Assembly: GCA_964016885.1 (NCBI GenBank)
Contig: OZ024755.1
Coordinates: 31,930,001-31,994,000 of the forward strand
Source: Eledone cirrhosa
Lineage: Eukaryota
Length of the DNA stretch: 64,000 nucleotides
Reading direction: 5' to 3'
How positions within the stretch are numbered: position 1 is the first letter of the stretch; each line of letters begins with the position of its first letter. Below are positions 10,006 through 23,335 of the stretch, piece by piece. The notes beneath the pieces were generated by a model. It saw nothing but the letters and a program-made list of their open reading frames with translations, did not search any database and was not told the origin of the DNA. A program made the position numbers and the translations under genes.

Positions 10006-12687
10006 GGATACATGTCTCTATGGAATACTTGACCACTTCCACATTAATTCATGATTTGGACGTCAAGTTAATTAAAAACAACCGAATGCTCATCTGTGTA
10101 TATTATATATATATAAGGTATGATACCACCTTATGTAAGCTACATATATAAAGTCTCATACTGTCTTCCATAAGGACTCCTGCCCCAACAACTGCAGTGT
10201 AAGGTAGCTCAGGTGAAGTCAGGAAGTCCTGTAGCACAGCACACAGATATAATCCAAGACCTCATTTGCTTAACGAGTGGTGTGGAGCTCATCAAATCAG
10301 ACTGAGGAAATAATGTTTCCATTGGTCTTTCCAATATCTGCCAGTCACAAATTCAGGCAGAAGGAGCAACATGAAATAAAGTGTTTTGCTTAAGGACATA
10401 ACGCACCACCTGGTCTAGGAATTGAACTCACAATCTGACGATTGCAAATTCAATTCTCTAACCTCTCAGCCATAGGCTTTCATACACACACACACATAAG
10501 ATTTTTCGGTCCTATCCGATGACTTTGTCTTGTTTCAGTATTATTCTATAATGAGCATGATGAAATCTCTCTGAGCAGGTTTCCATCTGTGACAGCCTGG
10601 ACAGCCCGTTCAACCCATGCCTGCATGGAAAGTAGATACAACATGATGACATTATATAGTCCAGCTTAATCAGCTCCAATAATTGAATTATTGAAACAGT
10701 TTAAGCTTCACTGTCTATCTTACATGTAATGAATAATATCTACACTCTATTTTCTATTAAAGTATCAAGTCCCAAGTTATTTAATTCATCATCATCATCA
10801 TCATTTAATGTCTTTTTTTCCTTGTTAGCCAGGGAAGACACACTAAGTCAGTATTAGCCAGAGCCGCTGATCTCTCAGATGAGCCACAGGTAAAATCTTG
10901 CTTGTGTATGTCCGCACGCTTTACAGAGTGCACCGTGTATTTTATCATGGAATCAGCACTAGACAGTTCATTGTATCTTTCACACAAGAGTTACCTCAAT
11001 CTTTTCCTGGCATCGTTTCTGCAGCTGGATGCTGCCCTTCCTATCACCCACCATCAGATGCGGTGTACTGGGTGCAATTTTTGTTGTTGCACCAGCATTA
11101 CATATGTTGACTTGTCATGATTGAAGAGTCCTCTCAACCCTTTCTTTTTGCTGTGGCTTCTACTGTTGGAAGCCACATCCAACACCAACCACTCCACAAA
11201 GTGTACTGAGTGTGTCCCAAGCTCCAGCACTAAAAATGCTGTCAGTCATTGTCTTGACAGAAAAGAATTTTCATCTGATTGACCACCAGCTTGCACAGAT
11301 CCTCTGCAATCAAAATCTTTGTATCACTGCCATGCAGCAGCACCACTCATATGCTGGCATAACACAGCCAGCACCTTACTCTAAAAGCCCCCCCCCCCCC
11401 CATCCCTGTCCTTAATGTCAGCAGAGGTACTAGCTCACTAAATCTCTTGCCCATTCTCAATCCAGCTACCACACTTTCAGTGCATCTCCCATCGCCAACT
11501 AGGTCAACAAAATTCATCAATAACCTTGAGAGAATCTATTTCATGTGTGCTCTTAGTGCTTACTTCCTTCTTGCATCTGTTGCACACAAACTCTGTCTTC
11601 TCCCTTAGTTTGCCTGTAATCCCACTACATCTCCTGTATGTCCATAGTTTACATTTGTGCACCTCATGGGACTTTCTGCCCATCCCAGGGAAAATGCACT
11701 TAGTTGCTGGCCATTTTTAATAAGCATCAGGGTAATGTATAAATTTATTATTCCAAACAAAATGCTAAGAATATTTCTAACCAAGATATACAGTTCTTTT
11801 TTACCTCTTAAAATTGTATTTATGTTTTAATATACCATTATAAATGGAAATAACAAAGGCACTATTTCCATGGCAATTCAGTCAGTATATTTTATATCCA
11901 TGTGGTACAATGTTGTAATTAGCATCACCCTTAAAGTTTTAATTTTTTAGAAAAGTTCTTTTCAGATTTCTATGTTTTAAACTGAAGTGAAATTCGATTC
12001 TACAAAAAAATCCTTTTTTTTTTTTAAAATAAGGTAAAAATTTCACAAATTCACTTTTTTTAATACACTAAAACCTCAATTCTAACCATAAACCCTAACC
12101 CTAATTTTACTGTTGTTAAGTTACAATAACTTATGTTTAAAACATAATTCATGCATACACACGCACAAAATATTTGGTCAAATGTTAAAAAAGGAAAAAC
12201 TTACAACTGGTTACATATCTCTACCAATATGTATTGTTTAATATATATAAAATATATATCAAATAACATAAGACTCAAGCATGTGTTGTTAAGAAAATTA
12301 CTGGCAACCATGTAGTTTGGGTTCTAAGCAATTTAGGGGGTAGAAGCATGTACCACAACTCAAGCAATATATATTGTTTGTTATATTTTGGGAGGGTCAT
12401 ACTGCCAATAAAAACACATGTTGGTTTTCATTTCAATTTATTATAAACTTCCAGTCGGTTACTTTAATAACCAGATAGTTGTTTATTTGTTTATTGTCAA
12501 AACTATTTCATCACACATTGTGTCACCTCTTCAGTGACTAATTTGTTTAATATAGGTGCAAATGTGATTATGTGGTTAGAGGACCATGTCATAACCACGT
12601 TTTCAGCGTCGTTCAAATGGCTTCTACTTTAGCTTTGGTTTAATATATACCTTATGAATGAAAATTAGACAAAAACTATGTGGAAGT

Positions 12688-12728
12688 ACGTGTGTGTGTG
12701 TGTTAATATATATATATATATATATATG

Positions 12729-12774
<46 letters not shown>

Positions 12775-12921
12775 GATCTTTCTGATCTTTTTCTTTTCCT
12801 TTTATTAGTTCTCGCTTTTTTTTAACTTCTCTCCTCCTCTCTCATCTCTTTCCTGATAAAGGACTAACATCCGATACACTGAAAACACTTCTATATATAT
12901 ATATATGTGTGTATATATATA

Positions 12922-12962
<41 letters not shown>

Positions 12963-13055
12963 ATATATATATGTATATATATATATATATATATGTGTAT
13001 ATATATATATATATATATGTGTATATATATATGTATATATATATATATATATGTG

Positions 13056-13087
<32 letters not shown>

Positions 13088-13091
13088 TGTG

Positions 13092-13123
<32 letters not shown>

Positions 13124-13322
13124 TATGTGTATATATATATGTGTATATATATATGTATATATATATATGTGTAATATATATATATGTGTATATATATATG
13201 TATATATATGTATATATATATATATATATATGTGTAATATATATATATGTGTATATATATATGTATATATATGTATATATATATATATATGTGTAATATA
13301 TATATATGTGTATATATATATG

Positions 13323-13361
<39 letters not shown>

Positions 13362-13482
13362 GCACATCTTTCCGATCTTTTTCTTTTCCTCTTATTAGTT
13401 CTCGCTTTTTTCTTAGCTTCTCTCCTCTTCTTCTCGTTTCATTCCTGATAAAGGACTAACATCTGACACATTGAAAACACTT
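12688..13482. repeat. Large (TA)n/(TG) microsatellite complex with a ~120-bp direct duplication (12771-12891 / 13361-13482)
   Basis: Directly visible; it accounts for the YI-rich ORFs. Confidence 0.95.
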
Positions 13483-13730
13483 CTTTTCCCCTTCCACACA
13501 AGTGTTACCCTAATAAGATTTTTTATAATTTGTTCTGTTTTTATTGTTTCGACTATTTTTGATTGTTGATACTTCTCACTACATATATATATCTTGCATA
13601 ATTCTCATGCCTGGAAATCAATCATTCTGTTTAAATCTGGGGCAGAGCAAAGCTATCGAAGACATTGAAACGATTGTCAAAGGACTTAATAAATCCAGGT
13701 TTGAAAATTGCATTGCCCTTGTTGAGATAT

Positions 13731-13881
13731 ATCATCATCATCATCATTATTTTACGTCCGCTTTTCCCTGCTTGCAAGGGTGGGACGGGTCTTATTCAGC
13801 ACAGCATCTCTCCACTCGTCACGGTCCCTCGTCATCTCCACCGTGAGCTTCAATGATCTGAGGTCTGTTCTCACCACCTCT
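13731..13881 (-). mobile_element. RTE LINE 3' tail fragment (another copy at 54525-54700)
   Basis: Near-identical to 14055-14202. Confidence 0.85.
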
Positions 13882-13952
13882 ATATATATATATATATCAT
13901 CATAACCATCATCGTTTAACATTCATCTTCCATGCTAGCATGGGTTAGATGG

Positions 13953-13984
<32 letters not shown>

Positions 13985-13985
13985 G

Positions 13986-14025
<40 letters not shown>

Positions 14026-14054
14026 CAAGGGGAAGTCAAAAATATATTTTATAT

Positions 14055-15592
14055 CATCATCATCATCATCATTTTACGTCCGCTCTTGCCTGCTTGCAAG
14101 GGTGGGACGGGTCTTATTCAACACAGCATCTCTCCACTTGTCACGGTTCTTCGTCATCTCCACTGTGAGCTTCAGCAATCTGAGGTCTGCTCTCACCACC
14201 TCCGCCCATGTTTTTCGTGGTCTACCTCTCCCACGTCTTCCTTCAACTGGCATTTCCTGGCACTTCTTCACCCATCGGTCATCCTCCATGCGCATCACAT
14301 GTCCATACCACCTCAGTCTCCTCTCCCGTACACTACATTCTATCCCTCTCAGACACATGCTAATCTGATCTCCTAGGTACCGGAAGCTATCCACCACTTC
14401 TATAGCACCCGCCTGCATTTGAAAAATGTGTCTATCAATGCGACTTCTACTGTTTAATTTCCCTGTACATCTACTGCATACGTATTTCTCCCTACCTGTT
14501 AGTTTGCCTGCTATCCCGCTACATCTCTTGTGTACCCAAGATCTGCATTGTGTGTATTTTATAGAATTTATGCCAGTTCCTTTTCTGCATATCATGGCCA
14601 TTTCCCTGACGGAATCAACACTTTTGTCTTAGTTGTCTTAGCTAGGTTCACTCTCAGTCTTCTTGGTTCCAACTACTGTTTCCATAGCCAGAATTTATTC
14701 TCTAGCTCCTCTACTGATTCTGCTATAAGAACCAGATCGTCAGCATGGAGAAGTTCCCATGGACAGCCAGTCTTAAACTACTCTGTTATGGCTTGGAGGA
14801 CTATAATGAACAAGAGCGGGCTGAGGACCGAACCTTGATGTACTCCTACTTGTATCTGGAATTTCTCACTAAACTCCATTCCTACCCTGACTTTACTGAC
14901 AGTACCTCTACAAAGTTTGCACTGTCCTCACAAGCCATTCGTCAACACCTAGTTTCCTTAGGGACCACCAGATGACAGATCGGGGTACCCTATCAAAGGC
15001 TTTCTCTAGGTCAACAAAGGCTAAGTATAGTGGCTTATTTTTCTCTAAGAACCTCTCTTGCAATTGTCTCACCAAGATGAGGGCATCTGTTGTACTCTTC
15101 CCAGGCACAAAACCAAACTGCAACTAATCTAGTTTGACCCTTTCTCTAATTAGTTGTGCTAATATCCTTTCTGCCACGTTCATAACCTGATCTGTCAGTT
15201 TTATACCTCTATAATTGCTCCTCTCCAGAGCATCCCCTTTACATTTGTAGCAATTTATGAGAATACTGCTGCACCAGTCTTTGGGTATGACACCACCATA
15301 TGTAGCCTGATTGATGATGCGTGCAACCAGTTTAGTGCCTACGTCCCCTGATGCCTTCAGCATTTCAGCAACTATCCTCGGTGGTCCAGCAGCCTTACCA
15401 TTTTTCATTTCCTTAATCGCCTCTTGGACCCTATATTCAACAATCTCAATAGCTGGTCCCACTGTCGGATCTACTGAGGGTAATTTCTCTCTCTCCCATT
15501 CGTTCTCCACATTCATCAGTCTCTCATAATGACATTTCCATGCCTCCTTTTTCTGATCATTCATGACACTAAGTACACTGGTACCATTCCAG
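14055..15592 (-). mobile_element. RTE-clade LINE, RT and 3' end with (GAT)n tail, decayed
   Basis: ORF fragments KGDALERSNYRGIKL, QFGFVPGKSTTDA, AFVDLEKAFDRVPR, RRLRWYGHVMRM, RGRGRPRKTW. Confidence 0.95.
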
Positions 15593-16930
15593 ATGTGGAG
15601 AAGAAAGGTCTGGAAGCTAAAAGACCTTTCACTAAAATACAAATTTAGGAAAGCCCTTCAAGATGTGTATGACGAAAAAGAAGACGATTTAGAGACATAT
15701 GACATAGATAATAACTGGAATTTCTTATGTGACAACTTACTGCAGGCTACTGATGGAACTTGACAGAGAGTGACCTGGTGGTGGAACAGCACAGTAGATA
15801 AGGCCATTAGAGACAAAAACTAGCATGGAAGGCTTGGAAAAAGGGTGGGAGTAGGGAAGGATATACAGCCGCTAAGAGAGAAGCTAGACGTCAGGTGTAC
15901 TTAGCACGCAGGGAGGCTGAGAGTAGGTTTGCCAATGTTCTGCGACGGGAAGATCAGAGGCATGCGGTGTTCCACATTGCAAGGCAGTGTGTCAATGCAA
16001 ATCAGGATGTTGTTGGAGATAAGTGTGTCTGGAATGATTGAGAGTGAACCTAGCTAAGACAAAAGTGTTGATAAGTAGAAGAGAGGACAAAACTTTGATT
16101 CCATCGGGGAAATGGGCATGTTCGATATGTAGGAAAGGAACTGGCATAAATTCCATAAAATGTACGCAATGCAGATCTTGAGTACACAAGAGATGTAATG
16201 GGATAGCAGGCAAACTAACAGGGTGGGAAAACTACATATGCAGTAGATGTACAGGGAAAGTTGGCAGTAGTAATCGCAGTGATACACATTTTTCCAATGC
16301 AAGTGGGTTCTATAGAGGTGGTTGATATCTTCAGGTACCTAGGTGATCAGATTAGCATGGAGGGGGGTGTTCCGAAGCCATAGTATCTAGAATAAGGACA
16401 GGTTGGAAAAAATTTAGGGAGCTGCTTCCTCTGTTGACAAAGAAGGGTTTCTCCCTGCGTACGAAAGGACAGTTATATGATGCCTGTGTGAGATACGCGA
16501 TGCTGCATGGTAGTGAGAAATGGGCAGCAACTGCAGAGGATATGCTACGGCTGGAGAGAAATGAGGCAAGCATGCTCCATTGGATATGCAATGTCAATGT
16601 GCGTGAACGACCAAGCATAGATGAGTTGAGAAGGAAACTGTGTATAAGAGGGATAAGTTGTGGTGTGCAGGAGAGAAGACTGAGATGGTATAGACATGTG
16701 ATGGAGGATGACCACTGAGTAAAGCAGTGCCAAGAAATCCCAGTAGAAGGAAGACGCCGTAGAGGTAGACCACGAAAAACATGGTCGGAGGTGGTGAGAG
16801 CAGACCTCAGATCGCTAAAACTCACGGAGGAGATGACGAAGCACTGTGACAAGTGGAGAGATGTTGTGCTGAATAGGACCCGTCCCACCCTTGCAAGCAG
16901 GGAAAAGTGGATGTATGATGATGATGATGA
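15593..16930 (+). mobile_element. RTE-clade LINE segments in the opposite orientation (upstream segment 15593-16037 joined to 3' segment 16040-16930)
   Basis: WRRKVWKLKD and WWWN in the first part; AMLHGSEKW and RRLRWY in the second, ending in cccacccttgcaagcagggaaaagtgg plus (GAT)n. Confidence 0.92.
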
Positions 16931-17044
16931 TATATATATATGAAGAAAGAATAGACAAAAATATGCCTATTTTTTCTTCAAAGTCCCGACTAGCTATGTG
17001 TGTATCTTTATATATATTTATAAAATGTATGGATATGCTTGATA

Positions 17045-17730
17045 AGCAGAAAAGGAGTTGGGTGAAATTCCATACAGTGTACTCAGTGTATCATAGATAG
17101 GCTAACAGATAAGGATGATTTTGTGTGTAGTAGATGCACATGAGGAAGTTAGCAGTAAGAACAGAAATGAAATAAAATCTTTCCAATCAAACGAAGACCT
17201 CATAGAAGTAGTTGATAGTTTGTTAACTAGGTGATCTAATTAGCAGTGGGTGTATATTCTCTGAAAGCATATGAGCTAAAATAAGAACTAACTAGAAGAC
17301 ATTTGAGGAACTTCTATCTCAGACTGAAGGATAGATTGTATATCTGTGTGGTACCATGTTGCATAGTAGTGAGACGTGAGTATTGAATATTGAATGCAAA
17401 GGATATGAAAAGGCTAGAAAGTAATGAATCAAGCATGTTCCATTGGATGTGTAATGTTAGTTTTTCTTTCAACATCATTTATGGATACTATGTATAAATA
17501 GATTCAGATGTATTGTGTAAGAAGGAAGACTGCACTGGTACAGACATGTAAGGTATATGGATGATGTTGGTTTGGTGGAGGCGTCAGGAGTTCCAAGTGG
17601 AAGGAAGCGGTGGCAGAAGTGGTAAGAGAAGGCCTAAGGATGCTGAACCTAACATAGAGTGACACTATGTTGAAGAGGACTTGTTCAACTCATGCTAGCA
17701 TGGAAATATTAACATAAAAATGATGAGTGT
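17045..17730 (+). mobile_element. Older decayed RTE LINE 3' fragment
   Basis: Similar to 16140-16915 (gtagttgatag, aagcatgttccattggatgtgtaatg, catgctagcatggaaa). Confidence 0.75.
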
Positions 17731-17751
17731 CGTTATCATTATTTTATGCCC

Positions 17752-17910
17752 ATTTAGTCGGTGGATTGGCAGTATCAGTGTTACGGCCTTTTATGGTCTG
17801 AGTTCAAATCCCGCCGAGGTTAACTTTGCCTTTCATCCTTACAGGGTTGATAAAATAAAGAACCAGTAATACACTGGATAATTGCTGGCCTTGTGCCAAA
17901 AGTAGAAACA
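17752..17910 (+). mobile_element. tRNA-headed SINE family A
   Basis: B-box gagttcaaatccc, core gcctttcatccttacggggtcgataaaataaagtaccag, 3' end gtagaaaca; TSD attattttatgccc (17738-17751 / 17911-17924). Confidence 0.88.
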
Positions 17911-18830
17911 ATTATTTTATGCCCTTTTTTCCATGCTTGCATGTGTTGGACAGGTCTTCTCCAGCACAGCATCTTGTCTTTTATTAAGGTCTTCTGTCAT
18001 CTCCTTCATGAAATATGACTTACTGGGACCATACTTCACCACTTTATCCCATGTCTTCCTTGGTCTTTATCTTCCATTGCTCTCTTCTACTTGGATTGCT
18101 CAGCTCTTCTTTATGCAACTCTCATCCTACATACCTATCACATATCCATACTGTTCTGTCTTCACTCTTGCACAATATATCAGATTCCTCTTATACCTAG
18201 TCTTTCTCACAACTCATTTGTGCTCTGGCATTCATGCACTCTATAACACATCCAGCAGAGCATGCTTACTTCATTTCTTTAAGTAACAAGTTATCAACCA
18301 CTTCTTGGAAGCCCTCTGACAATATGAAAGAATTTAATTCATAGTTGCTCATACTGCTAACTACTGCACATGTGATGCTGTTGCACTTCTTGTGCACTCA
18401 AAGTTTACTAAATACATTGTGTAAAATTTCTATGTATTTTCATTCTTTATTTCAAGCATAGCCCCTTGCCAGTTTTCCTGTAATTTTTCCTGTTAACTAA
18501 ACTTTTTGTCTTTGCTAGGTTTTATTTCAGAACTTTCAATTTTTGACATTGTTTCCATGATTTTATAACTATTCTAGAAGGATGCCTGGCATTGTCTGGG
18601 AAATAAAACTCAAAGATAGTGACCAATTTGTTGAATGAGTCATCATAACTCTGCTTCAATTTATTTCAAATTTGTTTTTAATTCAAGAAATTTTGCTTGC
18701 ATTTCCATAACCCACTATAAAAATAACACACACACACACACACACACACCAATATATATATATATATTTAAATTTGGTGGTTTACCACTGGGTAGAATTG
18801 CTCATTCTACAATGTTAACTATGATGTAAT

Positions 18831-19154
18831 GAGAGTGCAAAACCTAGCCTGGAAACGACATCCCACCTTGCCTAAAATCTATGGCAAACTCCCTCGAGCC
18901 TCTGCCCTTCTAAAATCCCGGAGAGCTCAATTTGCTGGCCACTGCCACCGTGCCAGCAATGAAATCATATGCGCTCTCTTGCTCTGGAACCCTCACCCCA
19001 GCCTGACTAGGAGTAGGAAGCTGTCATTCCCTGACGTTATCTCTAGGGATACGGGAATCAGCAGACAGGACCTGGGGGCAGCGATGGGGGACAGGGAATT
19101 CTGGGGCATAAGAGTGAGATCCATCATCTCGACAGTAGTCGACGAATGATGATG
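18831..19154 (+). mobile_element. 5'-truncated LINE 3' end (second RTE-like family); near-identical copy at 49316-49582 on the minus strand
   Basis: LKSRRAQFAGHCHR...FPDVISRDTG, (GAT)n tail, TSD atgatgtaat (18821-18830 / 19155-19164). The host repeat occurs uninterrupted at ~40540-40690. Confidence 0.85.
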
Positions 19155-19554
19155 ATGATGTAATATGAGAAAAGCACACAACGATGTGCAACTCATCCAT
19201 CTTTGGTGTTGAATCATGTTGGTGGTGCGGGAACGGAGTAAATGTATTATAAAGTAAAATGACAGGAGGCCAAATATGTTGAATTTCCTTAATTATTTAT
19301 TTCTGCAAACACTACGCACATTTCAGTGGCCAGGTTGCGTCCTCAGGTGTTAATTGCATAATAAATGTATACCAATGGAATGATGGTAAACACATTCCAA
19401 GAGGCTTTAAGGAAGAAAGCAAAGAAAAAACAGATGATGGAGCATAACAACATGCTGCTACGATCATCTCTGGGTCAAAAACCAAAACACACTTTTTCTT
19501 CTCTGTTTTTTCTTTACTTTTTCCTTATAGTCTCTTTATTTCACATTATTATCT

Positions 19555-19745
19555 CCCAGTGGCGGTGGATTGGCAGTATCGGTAGAGGGTTAGACACAAT
19601 GCTTTGCAGCATAGTTACAGCCTTTTATGGTTTGAGTTTAAATCCCGCCAAGGTTAACTTTGCCTTTCATCCTTATGGGTTTGATAAAATAAAGTACCAG
19701 TAATGCACTGGGATAATTGCTGGCCTTGTGCCAAAAGTAGAAACA
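19555..19745 (+). mobile_element. SINE family A inserted in a MITE family 1 remnant (19541-19897)
   Basis: TSD attattatct (19545-19554 / 19746-19755); the MITE right half and TIR aaatgctaaagggttaa follow. Confidence 0.85.
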
Positions 19746-20104
19746 ATTATTATCTTGCATAGTATTGAATCTACAAGATTTTTATATTATTTATTTTAAG
19801 AACAATACTGTGACATAAGTATAAGTAGCCGGTTATGGTCAGTTTGAACAGAAAGAGGTGAGAAAATTCTGGCCAGAATTAAATGCTAAAGGGTTAAATG
19901 TTATCATAATATCTTATCAAGAAAATGAAGAAAAGGTACCTGTGTATTCAATACCAAAGAATATGTAATGAAGAACAATCCATTTGAAGTTCTTTGCATT
20001 GATCTTTATTGATGTTTGGCAATTGATCATGCCTCTTCAATTTTTTGCTTTGAATCTCACCCAGCATTTGCTGGGTTAACAAAATTCAGTGAAGGTAAAA
20101 TAAT

Positions 20105-20486
20105 TGTTTCTACTTTTGGCACAAGGCCAGAAATTATCCCAGTATATTACTGGTAGTTTATATTATCAACTTCGTAAGGATGAAAGGCAAAATTAACTTC
20201 AGCAGGATTTGAACTTGGACCGTAAATAGCCGTAACTCTGTGCTGCAAAGCATGGCGTCCAAACCCTCAACTGATACTGCCAATCCACCGCCCCAGTGTA
20301 GGTAAAATAATTGTTTCTACTTTTGGCACAAGGCCAGCAATTACCCAGTGCATTGCTGGTACTTTATTTTATCGACCCCCGTAACGATGAAAGGCAAAGT
20401 TAACCTCGGCGGGATTTGAACTCAGAATAGCAAGGGCCTAACTCTATGCGTCAAAGCATGGCGTCCGACCCTCTACCGATACTGTC
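20105..20486 (-). mobile_element. Two tandem SINE family A copies (20105-20293 and 20312-20486)
   Basis: Each starts tgtttctacttttggcacaaggccag on the + strand; ggtaaaataat occurs three times, before, between and after them. Confidence 0.88.
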
Positions 20487-20554
20487 GGTAAAATAATGAA
20501 ATAAAAATAACGAATCTGAAACTAATGCAGGGCAATAATATATTGAATCTAAGA

Positions 20555-20969
20555 TTAACCCTTTCACATTTATATTACTCTATATATACTGTTGTACTTT
20601 CACAGTAAAGGCTTTACCTCACATAATTATCTCGTATAACATTTACATTACTCTATATATACTGTTGTATTTTCACAGTAAAGGCTTTACCTCACATAAT
20701 ATCTCGTATAACATTTACATTACTCTATATATACTGTTGTACTTTCACAGTAAAGGCTTTACCTCACATAATATCTCACATAACATTTACATTACTCTAT
20801 ATATACTGTTGTATTTTCACAGTAAAGGCTTTACCTCACATAATTATCTCGCACAATATTGAATGTATGAGATTTTGATATTTATTTTAAGAACAATACT
20901 TTAGTATCAATATGAGTGGCCAGTTACAGACTGATTGAACAGAAAGAAGTTTAAATGCTAAAGGGTTAA
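20555..20969 (+). mobile_element. piggyBac-type MITE family 1 with ~4 internal tandem copies of a ~70-bp unit
   Basis: TTAA/TIR ends; repeated acatttacattactctatatatactgttgta...cacataat. Confidence 0.88.
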
Positions 20970-21759
20970 ATTAATGTAGCAATAATGAAAAAGTCCCCAT
21001 TATCCAATGTGTCTTTTCTGTTATAAAATGTTATGGATGTGAGGCCTGGGAGAGATTTGGCTTTTACTTTGGTGCAGCTGGAACACACTTTTATCTTATA
21101 GGTTGCCAGTCATGAATATCAAGTATGGAAGGATATCAAAGATATAATCAGGATTATAAATACTTTTTATGAAAGACTGTTTTATCAAATGTTTTCATTA
21201 TCAAATATTTTCATTCTTTCAATACAAATATATATATTGAGGGGGATGAATATCTTTGAAGCAACTCTATACAGGCTCCTTTGTCAGATCAATAATCATT
21301 TTGTTGTTGTTTAGCCCTAGTTCAGCCATAATTATCCAGGACTACTATCAAAGGCAGTCCACATGTTTGTATATTCGGTTGTATTGGCTAATGTGTTGTC
21401 TTTATCTAAGATGGAAGGTTTTGATTTGAGAAAATTTAGTTGATATTCCAAGTATAGAGGTTCTTTCTTCTTCCTGTTAATCAGTGATTTTTAAGTTGTT
21501 TTGCTTTGGGTTTCTTTTTTGCTATGTTTGTGTATATACAACATTATCAAAGATTTACTCTGTGCGTGTGTGTGTGTTGAAACCTTCTGTTTGTATATGT
21601 ATTTGTCTGTGTGTTGGTTGTTCATGCGTGTTTCTCTCTATTGAAAATATGAAATGAATATCTACAGCTGACTCATATGCAGGTTTAGCTGGTTTACTAT
21701 GAGGTTGCATCTCTAACTAGTAAAGCAGCAGCTTGGTCAACTGTTAGAAAGATAAAAGT

Positions 21760-22870
21760 GATACACTTGAGAGTGAGGCAATTATAGAGGCAAAGACTTG
21801 TTGAACCAGGTTATAAAAGTGTTATAACACAATTGATTGAAAATAGAAGTAATTTTGATGAGATGCAGCCCAGCTTTTTACCATATTCCTAGCAAGGAGA
21901 AATACTTAGCTATGAGTAAGCCCCTATACCTAATATTTATTGACTTAGAAAAGGTCTTTAACAAAGTTCTATGCTCTGTAATTTTGTGGTCACTATGGAA
22001 ATTAGGGTTAGATAAATGGCTTGTAATAATCATCATCATCGTTTAACGTCCATATTCCACGCTTGCATGGATTTGGACAGGAGTTTTCCCACTTGAGGCA
22101 AGTGTGGTTGTCTTGCTCGCATAGGACTGTCTGGCGGGTTTTCTACAGCTGGATGCCCTTCCTAACACCAACCACATTTACAGTGTGGGACTGGGAGGTT
22201 TTTACCGTGTTACCTACACAGCCACATTACAGCGTGGACTGTGTGTTTTTTTTTGTCGTGACACCTACACGACCTCATTTATTTCGGCCTGAGGAGCATA
22301 GCCAATAAGGTGAGAGCCACAAGTACAACTATAAATTTAATGAGCAGGCAGAGATACATCAGAGCTCAGTTCTCAGCTCCCTTCTGTTTATTATAGTCCT
22401 TCAGGCCATAACAAAAGATGAAGTGTCTGTGAGAACTCTTGTATGCTGATGACCTAGCCTAATAGCAGAATCTGTAGAAGAATTAGAGAAATTCCAGACA
22501 AATAATGAAAATCTGGACTCAAAAGACATCCGAGTAAACTTAGCAAGGACTAAAGTTTTAGTAGGTAGGAAAGAAGCCAAAATCTCGCTACCATTCGGAA
22601 AATGGCTAGGCTGAATATGCATAAAAGGAGGAGGATGTAGAAACTCTATATGGTATACCCAGTGTATTGACTGGATACACAAGAAGTGTCGTGGAATCAC
22701 AGGTTGGCTGATAGAGAAAGTAGACTGTGTAGGTGTAGTCTGCAGTGACAGTGCTCATAAACTCCCTTAAAAGTTCAGATGGTTCACTAGAATTAGTTGA
22801 TGGCTTTTGTTGCCTAGATGACCTTTTTAGCAGTGGAAGTGGGTGTGCCAAAAGCAGAGGAGCCAGTGAG
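21760..22870 (+). mobile_element. Old RTE LINE RT remnant interrupted by a SINE fragment (22030-22290)
   Basis: KPLYLIFIDLEKVFNKV in the ORF track; ctcttgtatgctgatgacctagcc reads LLYADDLA. Confidence 0.75.
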
Positions 22871-23335
22871 ACATGGTCCTTCTACCTGTCTAGAGGCCAG
22901 TAACTCCAAATAAATACTGATTCACACCGTAACACCTCATTCATTACATGCTAGCATGGAAAGCAGATGTAAAATGAAAATATGTGTACACACATACACA
23001 TGCATATATATATATATATTACATATTACATATTCATGCAAGCATGAAAAAAGACATTTAAAATGAGGATGATGAATATTATAATTATATTATAAAAACC
23101 ACAAAACCAAAGGGAGAAACTAATGACATAAATAGAGGAGACAGCTACTCTATTGCTGGTGCTATTAAAATACACCAAGTCCACATTGTAAAGTGGTTGA
23201 TAATTATCAACCACTATTATAATAGGAGACATCCCATTCATTTCTAAAATTGCATCTCAAAGTGTAGACTTTATTTTCAGAATTAGTAAACCCGGACCAG
23301 TTGCTGACTCTTTACAAAACATAAATACAATTCAT

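Noticed and set aside
12082-12104. Telomere-like ccctaa repeats
   Set aside because: Only two to three degenerate units; too short to call an interstitial telomere.
12850-12890. Hammerhead-like ctgataa-agga-ctaaca-tcc-gata motif
   Set aside because: Both catalytic boxes deviate from CUGANGA and GAAA in both duplicated copies.
12805-13459. YI-rich ORFs on both strands
   Set aside because: Translation of (TA)n/(TG)n microsatellite.
14074-15642. Functional reverse transcriptase gene
   Set aside because: Broken by stops, frameshifts and a deletion; a dead RTE copy.
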